From: Cyanobacteria bacterium P01_D01_bin.156
Lineage (GTDB): Bacteria; Cyanobacteriota; Cyanobacteriia; Phormidesmidales; Phormidesmidaceae
DNA length: 64,000 nt
Assembly: GCA_039024555.1 (NCBI GenBank)
Contig: JBCCQQ010000004.1
Span: 125,419-189,418, forward strand
Direction: 5' to 3'
Shown: in pieces, positions 52,251-62,119 of the stretch
Numbering within the stretch: the stretch's first letter is position 1
Layout of the letters: the number at the start of each line of letters is the position of its first letter
Notes under the pieces: generated by a model
The model's database searches: none
What the model saw: only the letters and a program-made list of their open reading frames with translations
What the model was told of the DNA's origin: nothing
Position numbers and translations under genes: made by a program

Positions 52251-52296
52251 TTTAGAAATACAATATCTTCAGTCAACCTTATATCCCTGTGTTGTT

Positions 52297-52572
52297 ATGG
52301 CAGATGATCTTGTATTCACTGACAAGCCCTATGTGCTTTCGGTTGGTGAGCCTAGCAAATCCAAAACTACGATTAGCCTGCCTACCCCCATGTTAGACAA
52401 GCTTAAGGAGGAAGCTGCAGAAAAGGGGGTTTCCGTAAGTGAGCTAGTACGTAGATCGCTTGAGCTGAGTAATTACCTGCAAAGTGCCCTTGATAATGGC
52501 GGCAATGTTTATGTTCAGCAAGAAGAAGGAGGACCAGTTGCTATTTTAGAAATTCAAGAAGAAAACAATTGA
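52297..52572 (+). CDS. CopG/ribbon-helix-helix DNA-binding protein
   Basis: KTTISLPTPMLDKLKEEAAEKGVSVSELVRRSL. Confidence 0.85.
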   Translation: MADDLVFTDKPYVLSVGEPSKSKTTISLPTPMLDKLKEEAAEKGVSVSELVRRSLELSNYLQSALDNGGNVYVQQEEGGPVAILEIQEENN

Positions 52573-52753
52573 TAAGGATAGGTCTGACGCAAGGAGTCTG
52601 AAAGCAGTCTTTGGAACGATACTCTCATTTCACTAACTAGATGGTGTGAGACTCTCAATAAAAAACAAGCTTAACAGATGTGACTAAACTCTCGTCTGTA
52701 AGTTTTGTTTTACTTATATTCCATCAGTCATCTATTACTTTTGAGCCTCTATC

Positions 52754-53188
52754 ATGAATAGAAAAACTAGACTCAGAACAATAACCAGAGCTGAAGATAC
52801 ATTTCCCATGCTAAATACTCTCCGGTATTGTAATCGAGCAGAATATCTTCGTTTAGGTCATCTTATTAGTGAAGATATAAGGCTCTTAAAGGAGCAGCAA
52901 AGACAGAATCCCTTGCACTTTGAAAATTCACCATATTTGGTTTCAAAAAATTATGGCGGATATGGGCAGTTTCCTGCTCAGGAATCTATTGAATATGATC
53001 CTTGGCTACTTAGAATATTAGCCCTAGCGCTAATGCTCTCAATAGGCGGATGTCTATTTGGAGTTACGCTGTTGACAAGCCAACAACAAGAGTTGCCATA
53101 TGTCCTGATATATATTATCACAAGTGCATTCGGCTTGCTTTCGACATTGTTAACTCGTCTATTGTTCAGCAATTCAGATGATGGATAG
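52754..53188 (+). CDS. Hypothetical protein with two C-terminal TM helices
   Basis: 144-aa AT-rich ORF; ILALALMLSIGGCLFGV and VLIYIITSAFGLLSTLL. Confidence 0.55.
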   Translation: MNRKTRLRTITRAEDTFPMLNTLRYCNRAEYLRLGHLISEDIRLLKEQQRQNPLHFENSPYLVSKNYGGYGQFPAQESIEYDPWLLRILALALMLSIGGCLFGVTLLTSQQQELPYVLIYIITSAFGLLSTLLTRLLFSNSDDG

Positions 53189-53276
53189 AAGTCGTTGTTT
53201 TCTACCAACAACGACTTCTATGAAATGTTTGCATAAGTATGCAGGCTTGCGCAGTTTTCAATTTACCTTACACATC

Positions 53277-53420
53277 ATGGAACTTTTTCTACCTATAATC
53301 ACGTTTTCTCTTTTGATTCTGAGTTTTTCAAAGCGGGTTATCAATGAACAGCCTGAACAGAAGCCTTCTCAAGAGGAGAAGTTATCAAATGCCTTAAAGT
53401 TACTCTTGGGAGAAGAGTAA
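53277..53420 (+). CDS. Small single-TM protein (47 aa)
   Basis: MELFLPIITFSLLILSFS plus charged tail; internal ATG of ORF 53178-53420. Confidence 0.4.
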   Translation: MELFLPIITFSLLILSFSKRVINEQPEQKPSQEEKLSNALKLLLGEE

Positions 53421-53782
53421 GGTACTTTCCCTTGGACATGTAGAAAATGAGAGTGGAAAAATAAAACACAATCAATCGCAATACTTCTTTGATAGCTGAT
53501 TCCTAAGCTTCCTAATAGAGAATACTGGGTATTAAATCTATCATCCCAAGTCTGGCCATACGCTGATAAATGCAGCTGCTCAATTACTAGGCCGCACAGC
53601 CAAACAAATTATCCAGATAGAGCTGTTCACATGAAACTGATTCGCACAATTCTGTATCAGAAAGAGAGAAAGAGGTGTCTGCATTACACGCTCTTGACTG
53701 CATAGCGAGTAGGGTTCGTTAGGCACGCACCGCTCCAGAATCCCCAACACTTGTCTCGTAGAATTGCATCCATACCCATACT

Positions 53783-54364
53783 TTACGGGTCTAAAATCTT
53801 ACTCACCGTCACCGTCAACCCAGACAACAACTTCGACTCAATCAGCTCCTCTCCTCGATATTCGCCAACTTCCCGATAATCATCACCATCGAGCACCAGC
53901 ACCAACACATATCCATCAATCGGATTAACAATCCAATACTCAGGTACCCTGGCCAGAGCATATTCCTGACGCTTATCCACCGTATCCACAGTTTGATTGC
54001 CAGGACTGACAACTTCCACCGCCAGCCCAGGCGGATTATCCATCAAAAAAATAGCCTTCGTAAAATCTCGCATCGCTTTCCACTGCTGGCGTGGGCAAAT
54101 AACAATATCAGGATCGCGAGCATTATTTGGCCCCACTGCGCGAGGAATTTCCACCCCCACTCCCGTACGCACCACCAAATCAAGTGACTGCTCAGTAATA
54201 TGTGCCTTAATCAGATCAATCAAAAAATCAATAATGTCAATGTGTAACGGACTCGCTTCAGTCATCTTGATAATTTTGCCGTCCACCAACTCTGTGCGCT
54301 GCCCATCGTAGGGTAGCAGCAGATACTCAGCAAATCGGATTGGCTTAGTCAGCGTTGTAATCAT
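53783..54364 (-). CDS. Uma2 family (DUF820) putative endonuclease
   Basis: TELVDG, RDPDI, LAVEVVSPG, KRQEYA..VPEYWIVNP. Confidence 0.93.
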   Translation of the reverse strand: MITTLTKPIRFAEYLLLPYDGQRTELVDGKIIKMTEASPLHIDIIDFLIDLIKAHITEQSLDLVVRTGVGVEIPRAVGPNNARDPDIVICPRQQWKAMRDFTKAIFLMDNPPGLAVEVVSPGNQTVDTVDKRQEYALARVPEYWIVNPIDGYVLVLVLDGDDYREVGEYRGEELIESKLLSGLTVTVSKILDP

Positions 54365-54520
54365 GGCTATACAGTAAGCATCAATCACACAGTTGTCGCA
54401 ATCATAACGCTTTCATCGTGTGTAGAGGCACCTCCCACAGATGCAAATCATTACGCAGACAAAACAACCTTTAACAGAACGCTAAAATAGCAACAGCTAA
54501 GGCACATTCCCAGGATCCCC

Positions 54521-55246
54521 ATGGTTTTACACTTCGATCCCAAAAACTGCCTCCCCTCTTCTGCTGAGCTACCCGACTCAGACGATACCCCTGTGGATAA
54601 CGAGCTACAGAACCTAATCCCCAACCTGCTCGAAGCCATTCTGGCCATGGTGTGGCCCCACCGCCTCGACTGGTTTTTCGGTGTGGATATGGGCATTTAC
54701 TACGATCCATCAAAACCCGCCATCGTCCCAGACGGATTCCTCAGCCTGGGAATAGAACGCTTTATCGGTGAAAACGGGCGTCTAAGCTATGTTTTCTGGG
54801 AAGAAGACAATATTGCACCAACTCTGGCTCTGGAAGTCGTCTCCAAAACCTACGGTGGCGAATACGAACGCAAAAAAGTAATCTATGCCGATTTAGGCAT
54901 TCGCTACTACGCCGTTTATCTGCCCACACCCCGGCGCAAGCGTCAGCCCCTGGAGGTATACGCTTTAATCGATGGCAGCTATCAGCTTTTAGAAGGCAAT
55001 CCTGTCTGGCTACCTGAAATTGGTCTCGCGCTAGGCAGAGAACGAGGGACCTACCTTGGACGAGAGCGCGAATGGCTATATTGGTACACCCAAGATGGCA
55101 CTCGATTGCCAACACCAGAAGAACGGGTGCAACAGGCAGAAGTAAAAGCAGATCAGGCGCAGGCACAGGCAGATCAAGCTCAAGCCAAGTCGGATCGATT
55201 AGCAGAAAAGTTAAGGGAATTGGGAATTGATCCAGATGCAGTTTAG
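54521..55246 (+). CDS. Uma2 family (DUF820) putative endonuclease with coiled-coil tail
   Basis: LPDSDDTPVDNELQ, IVPDGFLSLG, LEVVS, LAEKLRELGIDP. Confidence 0.93.
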   Translation: MVLHFDPKNCLPSSAELPDSDDTPVDNELQNLIPNLLEAILAMVWPHRLDWFFGVDMGIYYDPSKPAIVPDGFLSLGIERFIGENGRLSYVFWEEDNIAPTLALEVVSKTYGGEYERKKVIYADLGIRYYAVYLPTPRRKRQPLEVYALIDGSYQLLEGNPVWLPEIGLALGRERGTYLGREREWLYWYTQDGTRLPTPEERVQQAEVKADQAQAQADQAQAKSDRLAEKLRELGIDPDAV

Positions 55247-55247
55247 C

Positions 55248-55688
55248 TTACACCCCACAAATCTGAATCAACACTTTTCGCCCCTGTCTCGGCCCATCCA
55301 AATCTACCAACATCACCGATTGATAAGTGCCCAACGCCAGTTTCCCATCCACAATGGGTACCGTCTCACTATTGCCCAACGTCATTGCCATCAAGTGAGA
55401 GTGCGCATTAATCGGCTCGTCGGGCGGCACCTCCCGCAGGTGCAAATCATTGTGCAAATAGCGATCTGCCGGTGGGGCCAGCTTACGCAAATAGGTCTTA
55501 ATATCCACCAATAAGCGATCTTCTGCCTCATTCACCGTTAGTGCCGTGGTTGTATGGCAAGAAAACACCACCACATGCCCCTGGCTCACCCCAGCTGCCT
55601 CCACCTGTCGCTGAATATCCGCCGTAATATCGACAATATCAATCGCTTCAGCCGTATCAAATGTTAGATAGTGAGAAACAAGCTGCAT
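55248..55688 (-). CDS. yjbQ: YjbQ / UPF0047 protein
   Basis: HTTTALTVNE, YLHND, NAHSHL, LGTYQSV..DLDGPR. Confidence 0.92.
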   Translation of the reverse strand: MQLVSHYLTFDTAEAIDIVDITADIQRQVEAAGVSQGHVVVFSCHTTTALTVNEAEDRLLVDIKTYLRKLAPPADRYLHNDLHLREVPPDEPINAHSHLMAMTLGNSETVPIVDGKLALGTYQSVMLVDLDGPRQGRKVLIQICGV

Positions 55689-55713
55689 AGTTGCCTTCCT
55701 AACGGGATATACC

Positions 55714-56139
55714 ATGAACACTCCCTACCAAGACCCAGCCGTGATCCAGAGCGTTCTGGCCAACACGAAGTATATCGCCGTTGTGGGTCACTCACCTAAA
55801 CCCCAGCGCCCTAGCTACCAGGTAGCCAAGTTTATGCGACAGCAGGGCTATGTGATCTATCCAGTGCATCCAGCCGCAAAAGAAATCGACGGCCAACAGT
55901 GCTACCCGCGTCTAGCCGATGTACCTGGCCCCATTGATGTAGTGAATGTATTTCGCCGCAGCGAATTTCTCCCCGGAATATTAGACGAGATTCTCTCTCT
56001 GGAAAAGATGTCACCAATTAAGTGTTTATGGACCCAGCTAGATATTTATGATGAAACTGTTGCTCAAAAAGCAATGGCAGCAGGCTGGCAAGTGGTGATG
56101 AATGCTTGTATTAAGATCGAATGGCAGAAGTATTTATAG
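55714..56139 (+). CDS. CoA-binding protein (YccU-like)
   Basis: IAVVGHSPKPQRPS, IDVVNVFRRS, LWTQL, MNACIKIE. Confidence 0.92.
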   Translation: MNTPYQDPAVIQSVLANTKYIAVVGHSPKPQRPSYQVAKFMRQQGYVIYPVHPAAKEIDGQQCYPRLADVPGPIDVVNVFRRSEFLPGILDEILSLEKMSPIKCLWTQLDIYDETVAQKAMAAGWQVVMNACIKIEWQKYL

Positions 56140-56149
56140 TCTTCTCTGA

Positions 56150-56902
56150 TTACTCCGCAGCCATGGCCACCATGGTTTGGGCCAAGGTTTTGTGGCGAGC
56201 CTTTAACAAATGACGCTCGTGGGTATAGTCCATAAGCCATTCTAACGAAGCGTGATACATGGGCTCTTGCCAAATGCCTGATGAAGATACATTTTGGGCT
56301 TGTTCAACATACTGTTTCAACTGTTGTTGTGCTAGAGTACGTAACTCTTCGTCAAGGTTTCGCAACCGTAGTTGAAGTCGATTTAAATCAGCCCCATTAT
56401 CCTGTTCAAGGGCTCGATGGATATCGATTTCTAACGTTTTTACTTCTTCTAGCTTGTTCTGATAAAGCGTATTCTCCTTCAACAGCTCGTCGGCAAAACT
56501 GTTGCTGTAGGGTTCTAGGGAAAGCAGCTGCTGCAGACCCAGCAGTTGAAATTCCACATCATTGGAATGGCTGTGCAGTTCCCGACGATGCTGTTTTAAC
56601 CGTTCTAGAGAAAGATTTACGGCAGTCTGTGATCGACTGCTCTGCCATCGCAGTGGAGAAAACCTTGGTTGTTTTAGCTTTTCTAGTACTACATGCCCCG
56701 TGAGTGTAGACTCAACTCCTGTTTTCTCTACAGTCTCATCAATGACGTCATTGGTGGTTAAGGTATCAGGAACATTCACAGCATTGGCGGCTGTTCCTTG
56801 AAACCCAAACGTTAATAGGGCCACTCCCGAGATGGTTTTTCGCCAGGGGTGCCCCCCTGATGGGTTAGTAACAGTAACCGGTTGCGTTCTATGAGTTGCC
56901 AT
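56150..56902 (-). CDS. Hypothetical membrane-anchored coiled-coil protein (GumC/Wzc periplasmic-like)
   Basis: Hydrophobic ISGVALLTFGF segment, long heptad-rich region. Confidence 0.65.
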   Translation of the reverse strand: MATHRTQPVTVTNPSGGHPWRKTISGVALLTFGFQGTAANAVNVPDTLTTNDVIDETVEKTGVESTLTGHVVLEKLKQPRFSPLRWQSSRSQTAVNLSLERLKQHRRELHSHSNDVEFQLLGLQQLLSLEPYSNSFADELLKENTLYQNKLEEVKTLEIDIHRALEQDNGADLNRLQLRLRNLDEELRTLAQQQLKQYVEQAQNVSSSGIWQEPMYHASLEWLMDYTHERHLLKARHKTLAQTMVAMAAE

Positions 56903-57061
56903 AGCTATGGGAGGAAAACTAAGGAAAAACACCGATGACGTTAAAAGCGCTATCCCAGTTCACTCATCCCAGGGGTCATCGTAGGGTCCGGAGTTTAGCC
57001 AGAACTCCAAAAAGTCTACAAACTCCCTAAATATACTGATATCAGTTCCGTGAAGTTGCCT

Positions 57062-58837
57062 CTACCGTAAAGCAGCTTCTCGCTCTCCCATTTGCACGCT
57101 CCACAGTTTGGCATAGATGCCTCGGCGGGCCAGCAGTTCCTCATGGGTGCCCCATTCTGCCAGATGTCCCTGATCCATTACGTAAATGCAGTGGGCATTG
57201 CGCACCGTGGATAGACGATGGGCTATGGCTATGGTGGTGCGATCGCAGGTGATTTTTTCCAATGAACGTTGGATAGCCGCTTCGGTTTCGTTATCCACCG
57301 CGGATGTAGCTTCATCCAAAATCAAAATGGGCGGATCCTTTAATAACGCACGGGCAATGGCCAATCGCTGACGCTGCCCTCCCGATAGCTTTTGGCCCCG
57401 CTCCCCCACAATGGTGTCATAGCCCTGGGGCAGCTGCTGGATAAACTCATGGGCTTCTGCCAGCTTAGCCGCCTGTTCAATCTCAGTGGGTGTGGCGCTA
57501 AAGCTACCGTAGGCAATATTTTCTGCCACGGTGCCATGGAACAAAAACACATCCTGGCTGACTAAACCAATGGCCTGACGTAGGTCGTCTAGGTGCAGGG
57601 TACGAAGATCGTGACCGTCGAGGGTAATTTGTCCGTGACTGATCTCGTAGAACCGTAGCAACAGCTTGACCAGAGTACTTTTACCGGACCCAGTAGCCCC
57701 CACAATAGCCGTAGTTTTACCGGCAGGCACCTTGAGGGTTAGATGCTCCACCACTGGTGCGCGATCTTGATAAGCAAAAGTGACATCTTTAAAGGCAATG
57801 TCCCCAAGCACATTACTCACCGGTAAACGATAGTCCCCTGTGCGAATCGCCACCGGCGTATCCAGCAGGTCCATAACTCGGTTAATGGAGGCCATGGCAC
57901 GACGGTACTGATCCAGGGTTTCCCCCAGTCGGGTCAAAGGCCATAGTAGTCGCTGTGTTAGAAACACCAATACGCTGTAGGTACCTACAGCTAAGTTGCC
58001 TGCTACAGCTTCCAGGCCACCGTAGAGCAATGTGGCCGTGAACCCGACCAGAATGAACACTCGAATTAATGGAATAAAGGCAGAACTCCAAGCGATGGCC
58101 CGTCGATTGCTTTGGCGATAGGCTTCACTGTCCTGGTTAACCCGCTGGGTTTCGTAGGTTTCAGCCGTGTAGCTTTTGATAGTGGCAATACCGGTTAGGT
58201 TGTTGGCCAACCGTCCGTTGAGCAATCCCACCCGTTCCCGGACTTCAGCGTAGCGGGGAGCCAGATATTTCTGGAATGCGATCGCACCCCACACAATCAA
58301 GGGCATGGGTAGCATGGCCATCCAAGCTACCTGGGGAGCCATCACAAAAAAGGCACCGCCAATAATCAACACGGTGGTAACCACCTGCAGTACCTCGTTA
58401 GCTCCCCGGTCCAGAAACCGCTCTAGCTGATTAATGTCATCATTCAAAATCGACATTAATCCCCCCGAACTACGTTCTTCAAAAAACGCTAGTTCCAGGG
58501 ATTGCAGATGGGTGTAAGCATCTAGACGTAAATCGTGCTGAATGGACTGCGCCAGATTTCGCCACAGCCAGTTATAGGCGTATTCAAAAATGGATTCCAA
58601 CGCCCATACCAGCATAGTAATCGCGGATAGCCAAATAAACTGTCCACGAATACTGGTGATGCCCCAGCCAGCAATCCAGGATTCTTGCTGCTGAACCACG
58701 ACATCCACGGCTAAACCAATCAGAACGGGTGGAGCTAGGTCAAACAGCTTATTCAAAACTGAGGCTAGACTCGCAAGCCAAATGCGCCCTCGATAACGAT
58801 GGCCATAGGTCAACAAACGTTGGAGTGGGTAGGTCAT
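57062..58837 (-). CDS. ABC exporter, fused TMD + NBD (MsbA/MdlB type)
   Basis: [33 protein letters not shown]. Confidence 0.96.
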   Translation of the reverse strand: MTYPLQRLLTYGHRYRGRIWLASLASVLNKLFDLAPPVLIGLAVDVVVQQQESWIAGWGITSIRGQFIWLSAITMLVWALESIFEYAYNWLWRNLAQSIQHDLRLDAYTHLQSLELAFFEERSSGGLMSILNDDINQLERFLDRGANEVLQVVTTVLIIGGAFFVMAPQVAWMAMLPMPLIVWGAIAFQKYLAPRYAEVRERVGLLNGRLANNLTGIATIKSYTAETYETQRVNQDSEAYRQSNRRAIAWSSAFIPLIRVFILVGFTATLLYGGLEAVAGNLAVGTYSVLVFLTQRLLWPLTRLGETLDQYRRAMASINRVMDLLDTPVAIRTGDYRLPVSNVLGDIAFKDVTFAYQDRAPVVEHLTLKVPAGKTTAIVGATGSGKSTLVKLLLRFYEISHGQITLDGHDLRTLHLDDLRQAIGLVSQDVFLFHGTVAENIAYGSFSATPTEIEQAAKLAEAHEFIQQLPQGYDTIVGERGQKLSGGQRQRLAIARALLKDPPILILDEATSAVDNETEAAIQRSLEKITCDRTTIAIAHRLSTVRNAHCIYVMDQGHLAEWGTHEELLARRGIYAKLWSVQMGEREAALR

Positions 58838-59347
58838 AGCCCCTGAAGGTTAAAAACTCTAGCGATCGCTGACAGGTTGAACCATGGGCGCAAAGTTACA
58901 AGCGGTCAGCCAAGCATCCATCCATTGTGAACTATTGTTGCTCAACCGTGTTAATCAAGGATTAGAGCAACTTAATTAAGAGTTTTGTTCTTAACTCAAA
59001 GGTTTATGCGGTCTCTGGTGGCGTTCTTAATTCCTTCCCGTGATGGATAAAAAACACCAAGTAAAAACACCAGGAAACAAATATTAAAGTCTTCGCGAAG
59101 ACCTCCTAAAACCTACTGGAGCAAAGTCCTTCTATGGCTAGACTACTGGCAGCCGTATCTTTACGGATGGCGGTGGATACGCTTGATACTTGGTCCGTAC
59201 TGTTTTGAGTATCTAAATACTTAAACCGCTAATCAGAGATTAGTTTACGCACAGCATTAATTTCTTTATTACGCCATCTACTAGTATCCTTTTTTACAAC
59301 AGGGCAAACATTTGCCTTACCCCACTGCCAGCCCCGGTATAGAGCAG

Positions 59348-60154
59348 ATGAAAGTTCCCTTTTCGATTCGGTATAACAACGTCAAGCTCAAGGCTGAACG
59401 ACTCTACAAGACATCTAACCATCCCAGTAGCCATCTCTTTTCAGGACTGGAGGATATTTCTTTTAGCCTGAGAGGGGGTGAGTGTATTCACGTAGTTAGT
59501 CCTGTCCCCTGGGCGAATCAATTATTTCTAGATACATTAACCGGCCATACCCCCATGGAGGCCGGAGCCATCTGGCTCCAGCACCAAGATCAATGGTTGA
59601 ATTTGTCCCAGCTATCCCAACGGCAGCTCAACCAGGTCCGTAACCAGACCATGGGATACCTACAATCCAGCGAAACCCTACGAGCGCTGCCAACGGTTTT
59701 AGACTGTGTACTAGTAAAGTTCCTAGACTTGGGCATGTCCCATAGCCAGGCTAGAGAGCATAGTCGGCATGTTCTAGATTGGGTGGGTCTACCCCGCGGT
59801 CTGTGGCACCGGGCTCCTGCCAACCTTCCCCTATCTGAGCTCAACCAGGTTAATCTGGCCCGTACATTTGCGGTGGACTACAACATCATCGTGATTGGCC
59901 TGCCCCTTAGCCAGCTGGATCGCGCAAACCAGGTGCGCTTAGTGGAACTCATTGAATATCGCAAAGAAAAGGGCACCTGCTTTATTGGCCGATTTGATCA
60001 ACCTGAAGTGCGAACCCGAGTGTGTGACCTCAGCCTTTCTCTTAATGCTCCCACGCCCATTACGGCAGCAGGTAAATCTCGCAGATCTCAAAAGGGTTCT
60101 GCTGGTAGCCCTATTGGCGAAGTAGTAAGTAGTAAAGCTGTCCGCTCGTATTAA
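59348..60154 (+). CDS. PhnL-like ABC ATPase with degenerate catalytic motifs
   Basis: ISFSLRGGEC, IWLQHQDQWLNL, VRNQTMGY, LWHRAPA, VNLARTFAVDY, LDRANQVRLVELI, VRTRVCD follow PhnL; Walker A/B and signature lost. Confidence 0.75.
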   Translation: MKVPFSIRYNNVKLKAERLYKTSNHPSSHLFSGLEDISFSLRGGECIHVVSPVPWANQLFLDTLTGHTPMEAGAIWLQHQDQWLNLSQLSQRQLNQVRNQTMGYLQSSETLRALPTVLDCVLVKFLDLGMSHSQAREHSRHVLDWVGLPRGLWHRAPANLPLSELNQVNLARTFAVDYNIIVIGLPLSQLDRANQVRLVELIEYRKEKGTCFIGRFDQPEVRTRVCDLSLSLNAPTPITAAGKSRRSQKGSAGSPIGEVVSSKAVRSY

Positions 60155-61271
60155 TCAATCCCGCCTGCTGGCCTGCCTGGTCTCCAGTACCGACAAAAAT
60201 ATCAACCCGTCCCGGTCCTTTAATAGCACCGCCCGTATCCTGATCCAAAACATAGCGGTGAACGGGTCGAGGTTCCCAGGTGTCTGCGGCCACCAATATT
60301 GGCAGTTCCAGCGAAATTAGGGCCAGTGCCCCCGGAGGCATCAGGGTTTTATCCGTGGCGATTGAACGTCCTGCGGTTACCGGCACATTTAGGTTACCAA
60401 TGGGAGGAGAATCCCCAGTAGCTCTGAAAAAGACAAAGCGATTGTTGCGGGGAAGGTAGTTATCCAGGGCTTCTGGATGTTGTTCAAAGTAATCCAGCAG
60501 TACCGGCAGCGATAGTTCCGACTCAGCAATGATGCCATCGTCAATCAATGCCCGACCAATACTGGTGTAAGGATACTCGGTGCGCCCGGCATAACCCACG
60601 CTCATTACTGAACCATCGGTAAGCTGTAGCCGAGCCGAACCCTGTACCTGCACTAAAAATGCTTCCATGCGATCGCGCAGCCACACAAGTTCCAGACCGG
60701 CCAACGGTCCTTGGGAACTCTGCAACCCATCGATCCCTTCCAGCTGTGCTCGGGTCGGGTGGGGAGTTGACCAAGTATCTAGATCAGCGGGTCGACTGTA
60801 GAGGGGATATTGATATTCCAGTGTTGGTACTGCACTAGCTTGATAGGTGGGTTCAAAATACCCCGTAAAGTGAACATGGCCCGTTCCATCGGTCCCCACC
60901 GAACGATAAAAATCAAACTCTTGGCTAACAGCCAACTGTAGCTGTTGGGCGGAATGACTGGTCGCTACTAGCTGACGAAATCGCACTAAGCTACGCTCCA
61001 CTCGCTCCCGAGTGACACCGGCCAAGGGATACGCCTCGTAGGCGGTGATAGCGGCTTCTGTTTGTAAATAATCTAAACTATAATCAACCGCCTGTAGCAG
61101 CGCTACCCGCTCTTGCCCAAATTGGGCATCGTACCCCAAGCAAATGGGGTTGACCAATTCCACATGGCAGTTAATTAAATCTAGGGGAAATGCCAAAGCC
61201 TGCCAAGGACTCAGCACCATAAAGGCCGCAAGTATCCCCCGCAGCCTCCAACGCTGATTGCGCATCATCAT
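60111..61271 (-). CDS. mltA: Membrane-bound lytic murein transglycosylase A
   Basis: FTGYFEP, VQVQGSA, YTSIGR, SIATD, DQDTGGAIKGPGRVDIF. Confidence 0.95.
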   Translation of the reverse strand: MMMRNQRWRLRGILAAFMVLSPWQALAFPLDLINCHVELVNPICLGYDAQFGQERVALLQAVDYSLDYLQTEAAITAYEAYPLAGVTRERVERSLVRFRQLVATSHSAQQLQLAVSQEFDFYRSVGTDGTGHVHFTGYFEPTYQASAVPTLEYQYPLYSRPADLDTWSTPHPTRAQLEGIDGLQSSQGPLAGLELVWLRDRMEAFLVQVQGSARLQLTDGSVMSVGYAGRTEYPYTSIGRALIDDGIIAESELSLPVLLDYFEQHPEALDNYLPRNNRFVFFRATGDSPPIGNLNVPVTAGRSIATDKTLMPPGALALISLELPILVAADTWEPRPVHRYVLDQDTGGAIKGPGRVDIFVGTGDQAGQQAGLINTSGQLYYLLLRQ

Positions 61272-61278
61272 CTATGGC

Positions 61279-61533
61279 TTAAAAGCGCTCAACGCTAGAA
61301 CTAAACTGAGGTTCTACCCGAATGGCAATTAGCCGAGACGGACGCATAACCATATACTCCCCAGGATTAATCTCAGGCAGAGGCACCTTAATAAAATCAT
61401 CTGAAGAGGCTTTAGGCATCAGCTCGTTACTGTACCACTTCTGAAAATCTTGAATTGATGAAAACCTTACTTCCTCGTGATGGCCGCCATCAAAAAGTAG
61501 ATGAACAATAAATTCGCTAGGTTTCCTGGGCAT
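61279..61533 (-). CDS. Conserved cyanobacterial hypothetical protein
   Basis: GGHHEEVRFSSIQDFQKWY, EYMVMRPS..IRVEP. Confidence 0.8.
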   Translation of the reverse strand: MPRKPSEFIVHLLFDGGHHEEVRFSSIQDFQKWYSNELMPKASSDDFIKVPLPEINPGEYMVMRPSRLIAIRVEPQFSSSVERF

Positions 61534-62119
61534 GTTAGCTCGCCGATTTGAGTCGTCGCCCTATTATGGCCCTCCAACTGACAAAAAGTTGCACCAAGTT
61601 AATGCTTTTCTTCAGGTGATCTTGAAAGAATATAGCGATCAATTTCTGTTCGTCATTGCTAACCTAGGCAGTAAAATGAGGCTGCCCTCCTGACAACGTA
61701 GAATTTACAAACGACAATCCTTTCAAAGATCAGTATCATCTTTTGTAGGATGGCGTAGAGCACCTGGCAACCTCTCCGCCAATGCTCTGAGTATCTGGTA
61801 AAAAACAATACAAATACTTACAAAGTCACCTAGGTTATCAATGGATATTGCATCATAACGATACACTTCTATCGGTTGCACATAGTCTAAATATTAGCCG
61901 TTGCTCAGTCAGAGGATAAATCAATCTGTAAGCCATACCCATGGCAGTACCGTACAGGCTCTTTTCCAAAGACTAGCAATGCCAGCAACTCTGCGAGGCC
62001 TTTATATTCCATCGTCTTGAGTGATATAGCGAGGATTCTTGCTTATCCTCGTGGGGGTGATTTTGGGGCAATGGTTACAGCGTCGATCCCTTGTTGTCAA
62101 GAAGCAAGCTTGTTATCCC

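Noticed and set aside
53783..55246. Two Uma2 genes as a defence system
   Set aside because: Uma2/DUF820 genes are highly multi-copy in cyanobacteria; divergent orientation, no partner genes
58950..59000. TTAA-containing words upstream of the PhnL-like gene as a possible Pho box
   Set aside because: Spacing is about 19-21 nt, not the 11-nt period of SphR/PhoB boxes
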